Source of the DNA: an uncultured Acidobacteriota bacterium
Lineage (GTDB): Bacteria > Acidobacteriota > UBA6911
DNA length: 64,000 bases
Direction: 5' to 3'
NCBI GenBank assembly: GCA_963843575.1
Contig: CAWJKZ010000010.1
Span: 352,001 to 416,000, forward strand
Below the pieces are notes generated by a model. It searched no databases and was not told the DNA's origin. It saw nothing but the letters and a program-made list of their open reading frames with translations. Shown here in pieces: positions 53,377 to 62,479 of the stretch. The position numbers and the translations under genes are program-made. Position 1 is the first letter of the stretch. Every line of letters begins with the position of its first letter.

Positions 53377-55275
53377 TTATCCGCCCGCACAGAGCTCGCT
53401 GTCATTCCCTTCGTAGCAGCCAAAGAGATACGTCTCCGGGCGCGACATCCCCTGCATCAAGATCCACTCGCCCGAACAGACGAACCCGGGCCTCGCTGAA
53501 AGCTGGGCAACCAGTTCCGCCGATTCCTTCATCGCCTCGCGCATCGCCTCGACATGCGCCGGGTTCGTCTGGTCAAAGTAATAGTCGTACTCCATCAGCC
53601 CACGGGTCCCTTCCTCCAGCGGCACCAGGTAGCCGAACCCGTGTCTGAGGCCGTGTCGTTCGCCGACCTCGCCGAGCCTGTCGCATGCCTGGATGATCGA
53701 GCGCGGATCCTCGAGCGCATAGTAGAGCACCCGCGAGATAAACTGCTCTCCCCTCCCCATCCGGGCGGGCAGGATGCGAAAGCTGTTCAACCATAGCGGG
53801 TCCGACCGTTCGGGGTTGCGGCGCAAAGCAGTGAAGAAGTCCCGCATGTCCTCGTGCACATCCTCGTCCACTATGGAAGCGCTCGAGCGCAGGGATATCT
53901 CCAGCAGGGGCCGCATGTCGGGCGCAAAGATCTCACGGTAGTCACCCTGCGCCCCCTCCTCGCCCATGATCAGCTGGAACCCCGGCTCTCGGTGCAGCAT
54001 CGATAGGCCCCGGAGCATGAGCGAGGCAAGTTCTGCGTCGAGCACTGGGGACGCGAAGTTCCCGATCGAGGCGAGTGATCCGCGGTCCCCGAGCACCACC
54101 ACAAAGGCCTGAATGCCGAGACACCTTACGAGGGTGTCCGCGACCTGCGTTACGGTCTGGGAGCTCGAGGCGGCGAAGATGGAAAGATAAAGGCTGCCGA
54201 TCACCCCCAGGCCGACGCCGATCCTTCGCCGAGCGATGTTACGCGCCAGCGAAATGGCCTCTTCGATGCTGCCGCACGGCACGAGCGCGCTGCTCTCGTC
54301 CGGACCGATGGCGTGCAGCCGAAGCTGCAGCCCCGTGCAGATCCCGAGCGGTCTTACCTGCCGTCCTTTTCGGAAGAAGAACGGGTTCGGCGACCCATCT
54401 CCGCTTAAGCGGTAGATCTCGCCCGCAGGGCTGACGAATTCGGCGTCAATGTAATGGTTGGCTCCGATCCCATACCCGTAGGAGAAGAAAGAATGCATGT
54501 TCGTATGAATCACATTGGCGCACACCGATGCCGCGGGTTCGGCTACGTTGGCCCTCATTCCGTGATGCGACGCGGCCTTCTGCAGATCAAACGCCGAGAC
54601 GCCGGGCCCCACCCAGACACACCACCTTGCATCATCGATGCGGATTGCGTCCATGCGGCCGAGGTCGATTACGAGCCCGGGCGTCAGGGCGCCAGCAAGG
54701 CTCGTCGCCGCACCGCGGGCCAGGTACGGCAATCCACGGCGAGTGCACAGCTTCACGAGCTCCGCCACCTCGTGCGAGGACGACGGAAGGGCAACGTACT
54801 GGGGGCGGATTTCGTCGCAAAGCGGAGACCTCGCCCGCGCATAGCTCGCCGTGATTGCCGGATCCGAACTGCACCACTTCGGGCCGACAATAGCCGCGAT
54901 CTCGTCAATCACGGGATCCCGGATCGGTTCCACCGCGCTGTGCCGGACCGACGCGACATGAGACGCGAACGCGTCGAATATTCTGGATGTCCGGAGGCCG
55001 GCGACGAAATAGCACTGTTTGTCGCAGATACCGCACTTCCGGCACGACAGCGCGACCTCAACAAGCATCGGCGTCAACGGGACGAGCCCCCGTCGGTAGG
55101 CGCTGATCACCTGCATTCTTCCCTGTGGATAGAACGCCGCGAAACGTCGCTGCAATGCTACAGGACAGGTGCCGGTGTCCAGGAAATCGATACGGCACAT
55201 CCCGTAGCCGGAACAGCGGTCCGCTTCGGCGGTGTCCTCCAGGAATCGCGAACTTTTTTGGATTTCAGCATCCAT
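53377..55275 (-). CDS. FAD-linked oxidoreductase (VAO/PCMH-type FAD domain) with N-terminal 4Fe-4S domain
   Basis: CSGYGMC..CP and CRKCGICDKQC, then VALPSS..EV..RGAATSLAG..IDLGRM..VGPGV. Confidence 0.8.
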   Translation of the reverse strand: MDAEIQKSSRFLEDTAEADRCSGYGMCRIDFLDTGTCPVALQRRFAAFYPQGRMQVISAYRRGLVPLTPMLVEVALSCRKCGICDKQCYFVAGLRTSRIFDAFASHVASVRHSAVEPIRDPVIDEIAAIVGPKWCSSDPAITASYARARSPLCDEIRPQYVALPSSSHEVAELVKLCTRRGLPYLARGAATSLAGALTPGLVIDLGRMDAIRIDDARWCVWVGPGVSAFDLQKAASHHGMRANVAEPAASVCANVIHTNMHSFFSYGYGIGANHYIDAEFVSPAGEIYRLSGDGSPNPFFFRKGRQVRPLGICTGLQLRLHAIGPDESSALVPCGSIEEAISLARNIARRRIGVGLGVIGSLYLSIFAASSSQTVTQVADTLVRCLGIQAFVVVLGDRGSLASIGNFASPVLDAELASLMLRGLSMLHREPGFQLIMGEEGAQGDYREIFAPDMRPLLEISLRSSASIVDEDVHEDMRDFFTALRRNPERSDPLWLNSFRILPARMGRGEQFISRVLYYALEDPRSIIQACDRLGEVGERHGLRHGFGYLVPLEEGTRGLMEYDYYFDQTNPAHVEAMREAMKESAELVAQLSARPGFVCSGEWILMQGMSRPETYLFGCYEGNDSELCAGG

Positions 55276-55291
55276 CGACGATCTCCGCACC

Positions 55292-55654
55292 TCACCGGGG
55301 CCCTTGCCGCTGTTTCGATAATTCCTGCACGGACGCCGACAGAACGGAAGCAAATCGCAGGATATCTACGATATTCCCGGAGGTATGGATCAGGCCGCTC
55401 AACTTACCCGCAAGAGGCGTGATCTGACGGCGGGCGAGAAGATCCAACGTTTCCTCGCTCAGCCGGAACGAGATGTCAGGCGGGAGGGCACACGAATCGC
55501 ACACGACAGCATTCCCGTCAGCCACCTGCACGGAGAAAACGGACTCGCCGACGGTCAGGCCGACGTTCCTGTTCCACCCTCGAAGCATGCGCCCGACCTG
55601 CGCACTTGCCTTGCCTGCGTCGATAATGGCCTGAATCTGCTCCAGTGCGCCCAT
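55292..55654 (-). CDS. SCP2 sterol/lipid-binding domain protein
   Basis: 120 aa; VADG..PDISFRLSEETL..ITPLAGKLSGLIHTSGN resembles the SCP2 C-terminus. Confidence 0.7.
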   Translation of the reverse strand: MGALEQIQAIIDAGKASAQVGRMLRGWNRNVGLTVGESVFSVQVADGNAVVCDSCALPPDISFRLSEETLDLLARRQITPLAGKLSGLIHTSGNIVDILRFASVLSASVQELSKQRQGPR

Positions 55655-55681
55655 GAACTCTCCCTTGGCCGCGGGTTTTAT

Positions 55682-57140
55682 TCAATGGCTCGAGAGCCTT
55701 TCTGGGGGAAGGTAACGAGACAGATCCGTCTGTTCCATCCAGGCAGTCTCCGACCGGATCAGGCGGTGGGCATGTCCTTGCTTCCTGGTTGCGTCGATGC
55801 CCATCTTCACGGAGAAATCCCCGACCCGGGCGGCGTCGGTCAATTCGCCCGTGGCCTCGAGAACCATCACATCTCGGAGCGCAACAACCCTCGTGTCGGT
55901 CGCCCACTGCACATCGAACGGGTCGTAGACGTCGATGTCGTCGTCCACCACCACCACCCTTTTTAACCTGGCGGAGAAGGCAAACAACGCCCGCAGGATG
56001 TCGTAAGGCTCGCTCGCACTCTGCTTGTAGATAGACACGGCCAGCCCGGTCCCGGGCACCCCGGGGCAGCATGAATAGATCCTTGATGTTGGGAGATATC
56101 GATCCCAGGAACGCGCGTGTTTTCGCGAGCTCCGTCATCCCAAGGGGCATGATGAGCGACATCATTTCGAAAGAGGTGCAGACCAGGCTGTGGAACATAG
56201 GGTCCTCCCGAGTCCGCACAGCCTTGATTTCGACCGGGAAGCTTTCGGTGGCTTGGCTGGCCACGAGGTCGTACTCGGTAAACGGGCCTTCCCGTACCCG
56301 CTCCTCGGGGTGGAGCACTCCCTCGAGCAGGTACTCGGCGTCTGCAGGCACGGGGAGGTCAACGGTCTCAGCCTGCGCGAGCCTGAACGGCGATTGCGTG
56401 AGCCCGCCGGCGACGCAATACTCGCTCTGGCCGAACGGTACGCTCATGGTGGCGGCCCACAGCATCTCGGGTGCGACACCTACCGCGATGGCAATGGGCA
56501 GGGATCTGCCTTTCCGGGCCGCACGGTGAATTATGGCTAGCAGGTCGCGTTTGGCGTTCACCATCATCACCATCCGCTGCCGGTCCAAGACCTGAATGCG
56601 GTAGATCCCGGCGTTTACATAGTTGTTTTCGGGATCGCGGGCCACGGTCACAGCCGCGGTTAGGTAAGGTCCCGCATCCTCCCGGAAGTACCATGGGGCC
56701 GGGACCTGGCGCGTCAGGTCCACGTCGCAACCCATATGCGAGACGGGCCACGCGCCCTCGCAATGGACGGGATCGACAGGGTGAGCCAGGGCGTGCAGGA
56801 CGGATTTTTCCACGTCCCGGTATATCGACAGGTACATTTCGTTGGAAGACCACAGCGGATAGACGATACCAGGCTTGCGCAGCCCGGAGTAAAAGCTCAG
56901 GAATTCCGGCTGCAGGGGAACCGTTGGGAGTATCCCCGTCCGGAGCGGGGTCAGGAAAATGTTCCCCACGATGCGCCCGGGATACCCGCGCAGCCTTTCG
57001 AAAAGGACGCTCTGCAGGTGTTTCTTCTCGATCTGCCACTGGAGGGCCGCGAGTTCATGACGGGTATCGACGCACGTGTCTACCCGCACCAGATGGCCGA
57101 AATCGTCCAGTTCCTGAATGTACTCTCTCAGTTCCGGCAC
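55682..57140 (-). CDS. UbiD family (prFMN-dependent) decarboxylase, one frameshift near 56062
   Basis: LREYI, EDAGPYLT, NAGIYRIQV, VPADAEYLLEG, EGPFTEY, VVVVDDDIDVYD..VQWA..TR, KMGIDAT. Confidence 0.9.
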
Positions 57141-57160
57141 CGGGCCCCCGATTGATCGCC

Positions 57161-57424
57161 CTACGCTTCAGCCGAGCGCTGCTGGTTGATCCTCCCGAAC
57201 ACGTAGTCGGCGATGTCCTTGACTGTCCTGGCAGCCTTCTCGAGGTCCTGCGGGATCTCGATATCGAAGTTCTCTTCGATTTGCCACACGATTTCGACAG
57301 CCGACAGTGAGGTGGCGTCCAGGTCCTCACGAAGCCGCGAGTCCGGTTTGATCTCGGCGGGGTCAGTCTCAAGGTTCTCCGCGATGATCTCGATGATTTT
57401 GCGTTGAACGTCATCGTATGTCAT
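57161..57424 (-). CDS. Acyl carrier protein (atypical ATSL motif)
   Basis: Acidic 87 aa protein; LREDLDATSLSAVEIV..IEENFDIEIP..TVKD; ATGA-coupled to fabF. Confidence 0.9.
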   Translation of the reverse strand: MTYDDVQRKIIEIIAENLETDPAEIKPDSRLREDLDATSLSAVEIVWQIEENFDIEIPQDLEKAARTVKDIADYVFGRINQQRSAEA

Positions 57425-58671
57425 GACACCTCCACTCTCTTCAACACGAGGCAAGCGTTACAGCTGCCGAACCCGAAGGAATTTGAAAGGGCCGCCCCCA
57501 CCGGTGTGCGCCGCGCCGCATTCGGCACATAATCGAGATCGCAATCCGGGTCTCTGCATTCGTAGTTGATTGTGGGGGGGATGATTCCCCGGTCCAGAAC
57601 CAGCGCGGTGACAAGCGCCTCGATGGCTCCCGCGGCCCCGATCGTGTGCCCGATCATCGACTTAGTGGACGAAATCGGCACCTGGTACGCCCGGTCGCCG
57701 AAGACCTCCTTGATCGCCAGCGTTTCTGCCGCGTCGTTCAGAGTCGTTGAGGTCCCGTGCGCGTTGATGTAACCGACGTCCTCCAGCACAAGCCCGGCAT
57801 CGCGGATGGCTCCGCGGATGACGCGTGCCGCATCCTTGCCGTCGGGCTGCGGCATGACGATGTGATAGGCGCCACAGCCCGCCGAGTATCCGGCGACTTC
57901 AGCGTAAATTCGGCGATTCCTACGGACGGCCCGTTCCAGTTCCTCGAGGACTAGCATGGCCCCGCCCTCAGACATCACGAAGCCATCGCGATCCTTGTCG
58001 AACGGGCGGGAAGCCTCTTGGGGCGTGTCGTTCCGTTTCTTCGACAGCGCGCCCAACGCCGCATAGGACCCATAGGTGAATCGCGTCAGGGGAGCCTCGA
58101 CGCCACCGCAGAGGCACACATCGATTTCCCCGGTGCGGATTTTTCCCAACGCCTCGCCTATAGCGATGGCGCCGGAAGTGCACGCGGCGGAGATGACGAG
58201 ATTGGGCCCCCACAGACCAAACTGGATTGCGATGTGGCCGGCAACGGCGTTGGGTGATACTCTGGGCACCGAGAGGGGGTTGATCCTATGCACTCCCTTG
58301 TCGTAGGCGGCCATCATCTGTTCCTCGTGGAAGGCGATGCCTCCCAGTCCGGAACCGACGACTACTCCGATCCTGGCGGAATCCTCCCGGTTCAGATCCA
58401 GCCCGCTGTCCTCGAGCGCCATCCGTGCCGCGGCGACCCCGTAGTGGACGAAACGGTCCGTTCTTTTTGCAGTGGCGGACGGCATGTACACGGACGGGTT
58501 GAAATCCTTGATTTCACCTGCAATCCGGGATTCGAAATCGGAGGAGTCGAATCGGGTAATTTGGCCAATACCGGACCGGCCTTCGACATTCGCCTGCCAG
58601 AAGGCCTCGAGACCAACTCCATTTGGTGCAACTACTCCCACGCCAGTGACCACTGCACGGTTCGTAGCCAT
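57421..58671 (-). CDS. fabF: Beta-ketoacyl-ACP synthase II
   Basis: AVVTGVG, SAACTSG, SRPFDKDRDGFV, NAHGTST, KSMIGH, SNSFGFG: intact Cys-His-His triad. Confidence 0.93.
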   Translation of the reverse strand: MATNRAVVTGVGVVAPNGVGLEAFWQANVEGRSGIGQITRFDSSDFESRIAGEIKDFNPSVYMPSATAKRTDRFVHYGVAAARMALEDSGLDLNREDSARIGVVVGSGLGGIAFHEEQMMAAYDKGVHRINPLSVPRVSPNAVAGHIAIQFGLWGPNLVISAACTSGAIAIGEALGKIRTGEIDVCLCGGVEAPLTRFTYGSYAALGALSKKRNDTPQEASRPFDKDRDGFVMSEGGAMLVLEELERAVRRNRRIYAEVAGYSAGCGAYHIVMPQPDGKDAARVIRGAIRDAGLVLEDVGYINAHGTSTTLNDAAETLAIKEVFGDRAYQVPISSTKSMIGHTIGAAGAIEALVTALVLDRGIIPPTINYECRDPDCDLDYVPNAARRTPVGAALSNSFGFGSCNACLVLKRVEVS

Positions 58672-58698
58672 TTGCACCGTTCGAAGTCGTTAGAAGAT

Positions 58699-58715
58699 GG
58701 ACATATCTTATGTCC
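58699..58715. promoter_or_regulatory. Palindromic candidate operator upstream of fabF operon
   Basis: GGACATA-TCT-TATGTCC, downstream of a minus-strand TATAGT at 58734-58739. Confidence 0.4.
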
Positions 58716-59585
58716 GGTGCGGGACGAGAGGCAACTATAAAAGGACTCGGAGCGCTCATCACTTCACCGAGTTCATCGAGGACAGAGGAACACAACTCGG
58801 TGGCACCAGTGTAATCTGTAGCATCGGAATCGGTGTCGCTTAGGACCTTCGCGGTCTCGGCGGTCTTTCCGGTTCAGCCTTGAAATGAAACCGGGAGGAC
58901 GACGAAGACCGCGAAAGCTCCCTGAACCGCAAATGTCAGCTTGAGCCGTCGAGGCCCTGCGTTACGCGCTGGGGCACAGGGCAGCAAACCCCACTGCGCA
59001 CCTGGCCCTGGCGCTCACCATGTCGAGCAAAAGGATCGCCGGCGATCTCGACCGCATCGTCGAGGCCGCCGCGCAGTCCATCGATCGGCGGCTGACATAC
59101 GAACAGGCGCTGCGCGATCACTTCGCGCGGCTTCGCGTACACTCCCAGGGATTCATGTTCTCGCTCGACGGCATCCAAGCGGAGTACCGGCAAAAATGAG
59201 ACATCACCCTGTGGGGCCGCCGTGTGCCTAAGGGAGAACCACATGCGATACGAGGAGTTTCGCAATCAGCTCCAGGATGCTCTCGTTCAGGTGCGTCTGC
59301 TTGACCGGCGCCCCTGGGACATTTTCCCATCCCCTATCGTCCGGGATTTCATGCATCAAAACCCAGACGTGTGCATGTTATTTCATGACGCTGCCCAAGC
59401 TGGAGGCCGAAGATCCGGAATCCTTGAGCCTGATGCTCTCAATCCCGGGGGAGAATTTTCTTAGCAGCAGCATAGTTCCATGATTTACTGGTTTACTGGA
59501 GAGTTGGGTGTTGAAATCTCCAACTTCTCCAGCTACATTCCGTGCCACATCCGATGCTCAACCGCATCTTGGAAAGGGGACGCCA

Positions 59586-61082
59586 TTGAGTACAAAACTG
59601 AGCCGCAGAAGGTTTATTGGTGCATCCGGAGCTGGTATAGCCGGAGCCGGTCTGGCTAGTTCCAACATTCTGGCCGGGCGCGCTGAGATTGGAGAACAAT
59701 CGCCTCCAGATCGCATAAGACAGGAGTCTGGCAAACAGCACACACAGAAATTCAACATGTCTGGTTATCGTGCTCCCAAGATCGACCTGGTGCGTGTCGG
59801 CTTTATCGGCCTTGGAAGCCGGGGACCAGGTCATGCCAGAAACATGAGCCTTCTGGAGGGGGTTGGAGTCAAGGCGTTATGCGACATCGTTCCGGAGGAG
59901 GCAGAAAAAGCAAGGAAAGGGATTGAATTTGCAGGTTTTAATCCGACCCTGTACACGGGCGATTCCGAGGCGTGGAAGAAGCTATGCGACCGGGATGATA
60001 TCGACCTTGTCTACATCTGTACTCCCTGGAACTTACATGCGCAGATGGCGGTTTATGCAATGGAACACGGCAAGCATGTTGCCATTGAAGTTCCTGCAGC
60101 CGATACCCTCGAAGAGTGCTGGCAGCTTGTCGAAACATCCGAGAAGACCAGGAAGCATTGCATGATGATGGAAAACTGCTGCTACGACTTCTTCGAGCTC
60201 CTGACTCTGAATATGGCGCGGCAGGGGTTCTTTGGCGATATCGTGCACGGGGAAGGCGCCTATATACACACTCTGTTAGAGGGTAATTTTAGCAGGAATG
60301 GATATTGGAATATGTGGCGCCTCAGAGAAAATGCAGACAGGCGCGGCAATTTATATCCGACACACGGCCTGGGTCCAATATGCCAAATAATGGACATTAA
60401 CAGGGGCGACAAGATGGATTACCTCGTATCCGTCATGGGCAGCGATTTCTTGATGAACGAGACGGCCAAGAAACTGTCAGCGACAGACAATTTCTTCAAG
60501 GAATTCGTTAATCGGCCATATAGAGGCAATATGACCACGACTTCGATCCGTACCAGCAAAGGACGGACGATACTGCTGCAGCATGACGTAACATCACCAA
60601 ATGTTTATTCCAGGATCCACAAGGTCAGCGGCACCAAAGCTTCGGCGCTGAAATATCCTCTTCCCCCTAAGATCGCCATCGGTCATCGTGAATGGGTTTC
60701 GGATGAGGAGTTCAAGTCGCTTGAAGAAAAGTACGCCCCTCCCATTGTGAAGAGAGTAGGTGAAATGGCCAAGCAGGTTGGCGGTCATGGCGGCATGGAC
60801 TTTCTTGAAGACTGGCGCCTGATTGATTGCCTTCGCAATGGATTGCCTCTCGACCAGGACGTCTATGATGCGGCGCTTTGGACCGCTATCGCACCATTAA
60901 GTGAATGGTCGGTTGCTAACCGCTCAAATTCGATTGACGTGCCTGATTTCACAGGCGGATCATGGAAAACCAACAAACCGGTGGACGTATTCTTGGAAGA
61001 GGGCGGGAATACAAAGGTGATCAGAGCGGCGCCACCCAGAGCGCGCAGAGTACAACCCGCGGTCGAAGGAGTAGAAAACTAA
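59586..61082 (+). CDS. Tat-exported GH109 alpha-N-acetylgalactosaminidase-like (Gfo/Idh/MocA fold)
   Basis: SRRRFIG, GLGSRG, EVPAA, MENCCY, GAYIH, YPTHGLGP, GGHGGMD, PDFTGG. Confidence 0.9.
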   Translation: MSTKLSRRRFIGASGAGIAGAGLASSNILAGRAEIGEQSPPDRIRQESGKQHTQKFNMSGYRAPKIDLVRVGFIGLGSRGPGHARNMSLLEGVGVKALCDIVPEEAEKARKGIEFAGFNPTLYTGDSEAWKKLCDRDDIDLVYICTPWNLHAQMAVYAMEHGKHVAIEVPAADTLEECWQLVETSEKTRKHCMMMENCCYDFFELLTLNMARQGFFGDIVHGEGAYIHTLLEGNFSRNGYWNMWRLRENADRRGNLYPTHGLGPICQIMDINRGDKMDYLVSVMGSDFLMNETAKKLSATDNFFKEFVNRPYRGNMTTTSIRTSKGRTILLQHDVTSPNVYSRIHKVSGTKASALKYPLPPKIAIGHREWVSDEEFKSLEEKYAPPIVKRVGEMAKQVGGHGGMDFLEDWRLIDCLRNGLPLDQDVYDAALWTAIAPLSEWSVANRSNSIDVPDFTGGSWKTNKPVDVFLEEGGNTKVIRAAPPRARRVQPAVEGVEN

Positions 61083-61333
61083 CGCCAGTTTCGGGTTTGG
61101 CGCATGGATACCGGGTATCCTGCGGCCGTATGTGAAAGACAGCACTACCGGGGGTGCAAAAAGGCGAGCCTCCCTGGGCGGCCCGCCGTTATTTCACCTT
61201 GCGACGGTTCCCCGGCGGCCGGCTCCCGTCACAACTCAATACCGATGCGGTGACAGAGCGGGTGAGACGTGTGCTGCGGATTTCCCAAACATGACCGGTT
61301 AACGTCGATGTCATCGATCCCGGCTGTGCGGCA

Positions 61334-62467
61334 TCAACAGGGTCTCGAGCGACGCTCGGCGACTGCCGTGATCCGCATGTCCCTGCCGAGGCGGATCACA
61401 TCAAATACGAGGGGTGTGCTGAACAGTTCCGTCCAGCGCCGTCGGTCGCCGCGCCCGAGAAAGATCTGCGTAATCTGATGACGTCTCGAAAAAGCGACCA
61501 GCGTTTCAGCAACGTTGCCGCCCTGAATCACCCGTGTCTCGATGTGCAGATTTCGCGCAAAATTCAAGTGCCGCTCGAGCGCCCCTCGCTCGGCAATAGG
61601 CAGGCGCGTCAGATCGGGGTACGGACAAACATACACGGCGAAGCATTCTGCTCGGATATAGTCCGCCACTCGCTTTGCCCGGCGGATCAGCATCGCACTC
61701 GCGGCATCCGACGTCACATGGACGAGCACCTTTTCCCTGGCCGTCATGTGACACTCCTCGGAACCCGGCGGGGAAAGGCGTTGCGTGGACGCAGACTCGA
61801 CGGAGTCTTCCTGCTGTATCTGAACCTGGTGCGCCGTCTGCCTCAACGCCAGTTCCCTGAGTGCCCCCAGAGTTGACTCCCTGAAAAAGTTCTCGAGAGC
61901 CCTCTCTGCCTTCTCAGGTGGATACACGGCGCCGCGTCGAAGCCTGTTCATGAGCGCTTCAACCGTGAGGTCGACCATGACCACCTCGTCCGCCTGGGCC
62001 ACGACCCAGTCAGGCACGGTCTCGCGAACCCGTATCCCGGTCATGTGCAACACCTGGTCGTTCAGGCTCTCCAGGTGTTGCACGTTCAGCGTGGTAAGGA
62101 CGTCGATACCCGCCTCGAGCAGCATGAGAACGTCCTCCCAGCGCTTGGCGCGCTCCGACCCGGGTACATTGGTGTGGGCAAGTTCGTCGACCAGGCAAAC
62201 GGCAGGGTGACGGGCCAAGATCGCGGCTGTGTCCATCTCTTCGAAAGCATGTCCTCTGTAGGGAATCGTGCGGCGCGCCACTGCTTCGAGTGTCTCGGCC
62301 TTCGCGATGGTGTCCTGGCGCCCGTGTGGCTCAAAGTAGCCGATGGCGACGTCCACCCCCGATCGCTTGAGGTCCTGCCCTTCCTCGAGCATGCGGAACG
62401 TCTTGCCGACGCCAGCCGCAAAGCCCAGGAAGATCTTCAGCCGGCCTGGCACTGCAACCTTTCCCAT
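61334..62467 (-). CDS. kdpD: KdpD N-terminal sensor domain + USP domain (no TM or kinase domain)
   Basis: GRLKIFLGFAAGVGKT, VDELAHTN, TTLNVQHLESLND, LRELALR. Confidence 0.88.
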   Translation of the reverse strand: MGKVAVPGRLKIFLGFAAGVGKTFRMLEEGQDLKRSGVDVAIGYFEPHGRQDTIAKAETLEAVARRTIPYRGHAFEEMDTAAILARHPAVCLVDELAHTNVPGSERAKRWEDVLMLLEAGIDVLTTLNVQHLESLNDQVLHMTGIRVRETVPDWVVAQADEVVMVDLTVEALMNRLRRGAVYPPEKAERALENFFRESTLGALRELALRQTAHQVQIQQEDSVESASTQRLSPPGSEECHMTAREKVLVHVTSDAASAMLIRRAKRVADYIRAECFAVYVCPYPDLTRLPIAERGALERHLNFARNLHIETRVIQGGNVAETLVAFSRRHQITQIFLGRGDRRRWTELFSTPLVFDVIRLGRDMRITAVAERRSRPC

Positions 62468-62479
62468 GACGGCAGCCTT

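Noticed and set aside
57161-58671. Housekeeping acpP-fabF locus or aryl polyene cluster
   Set aside because: The gene order is fabF then ACP; there are no fabD/G/H, chain-length factor or dehydratase genes, and the ACP motif is atypical.
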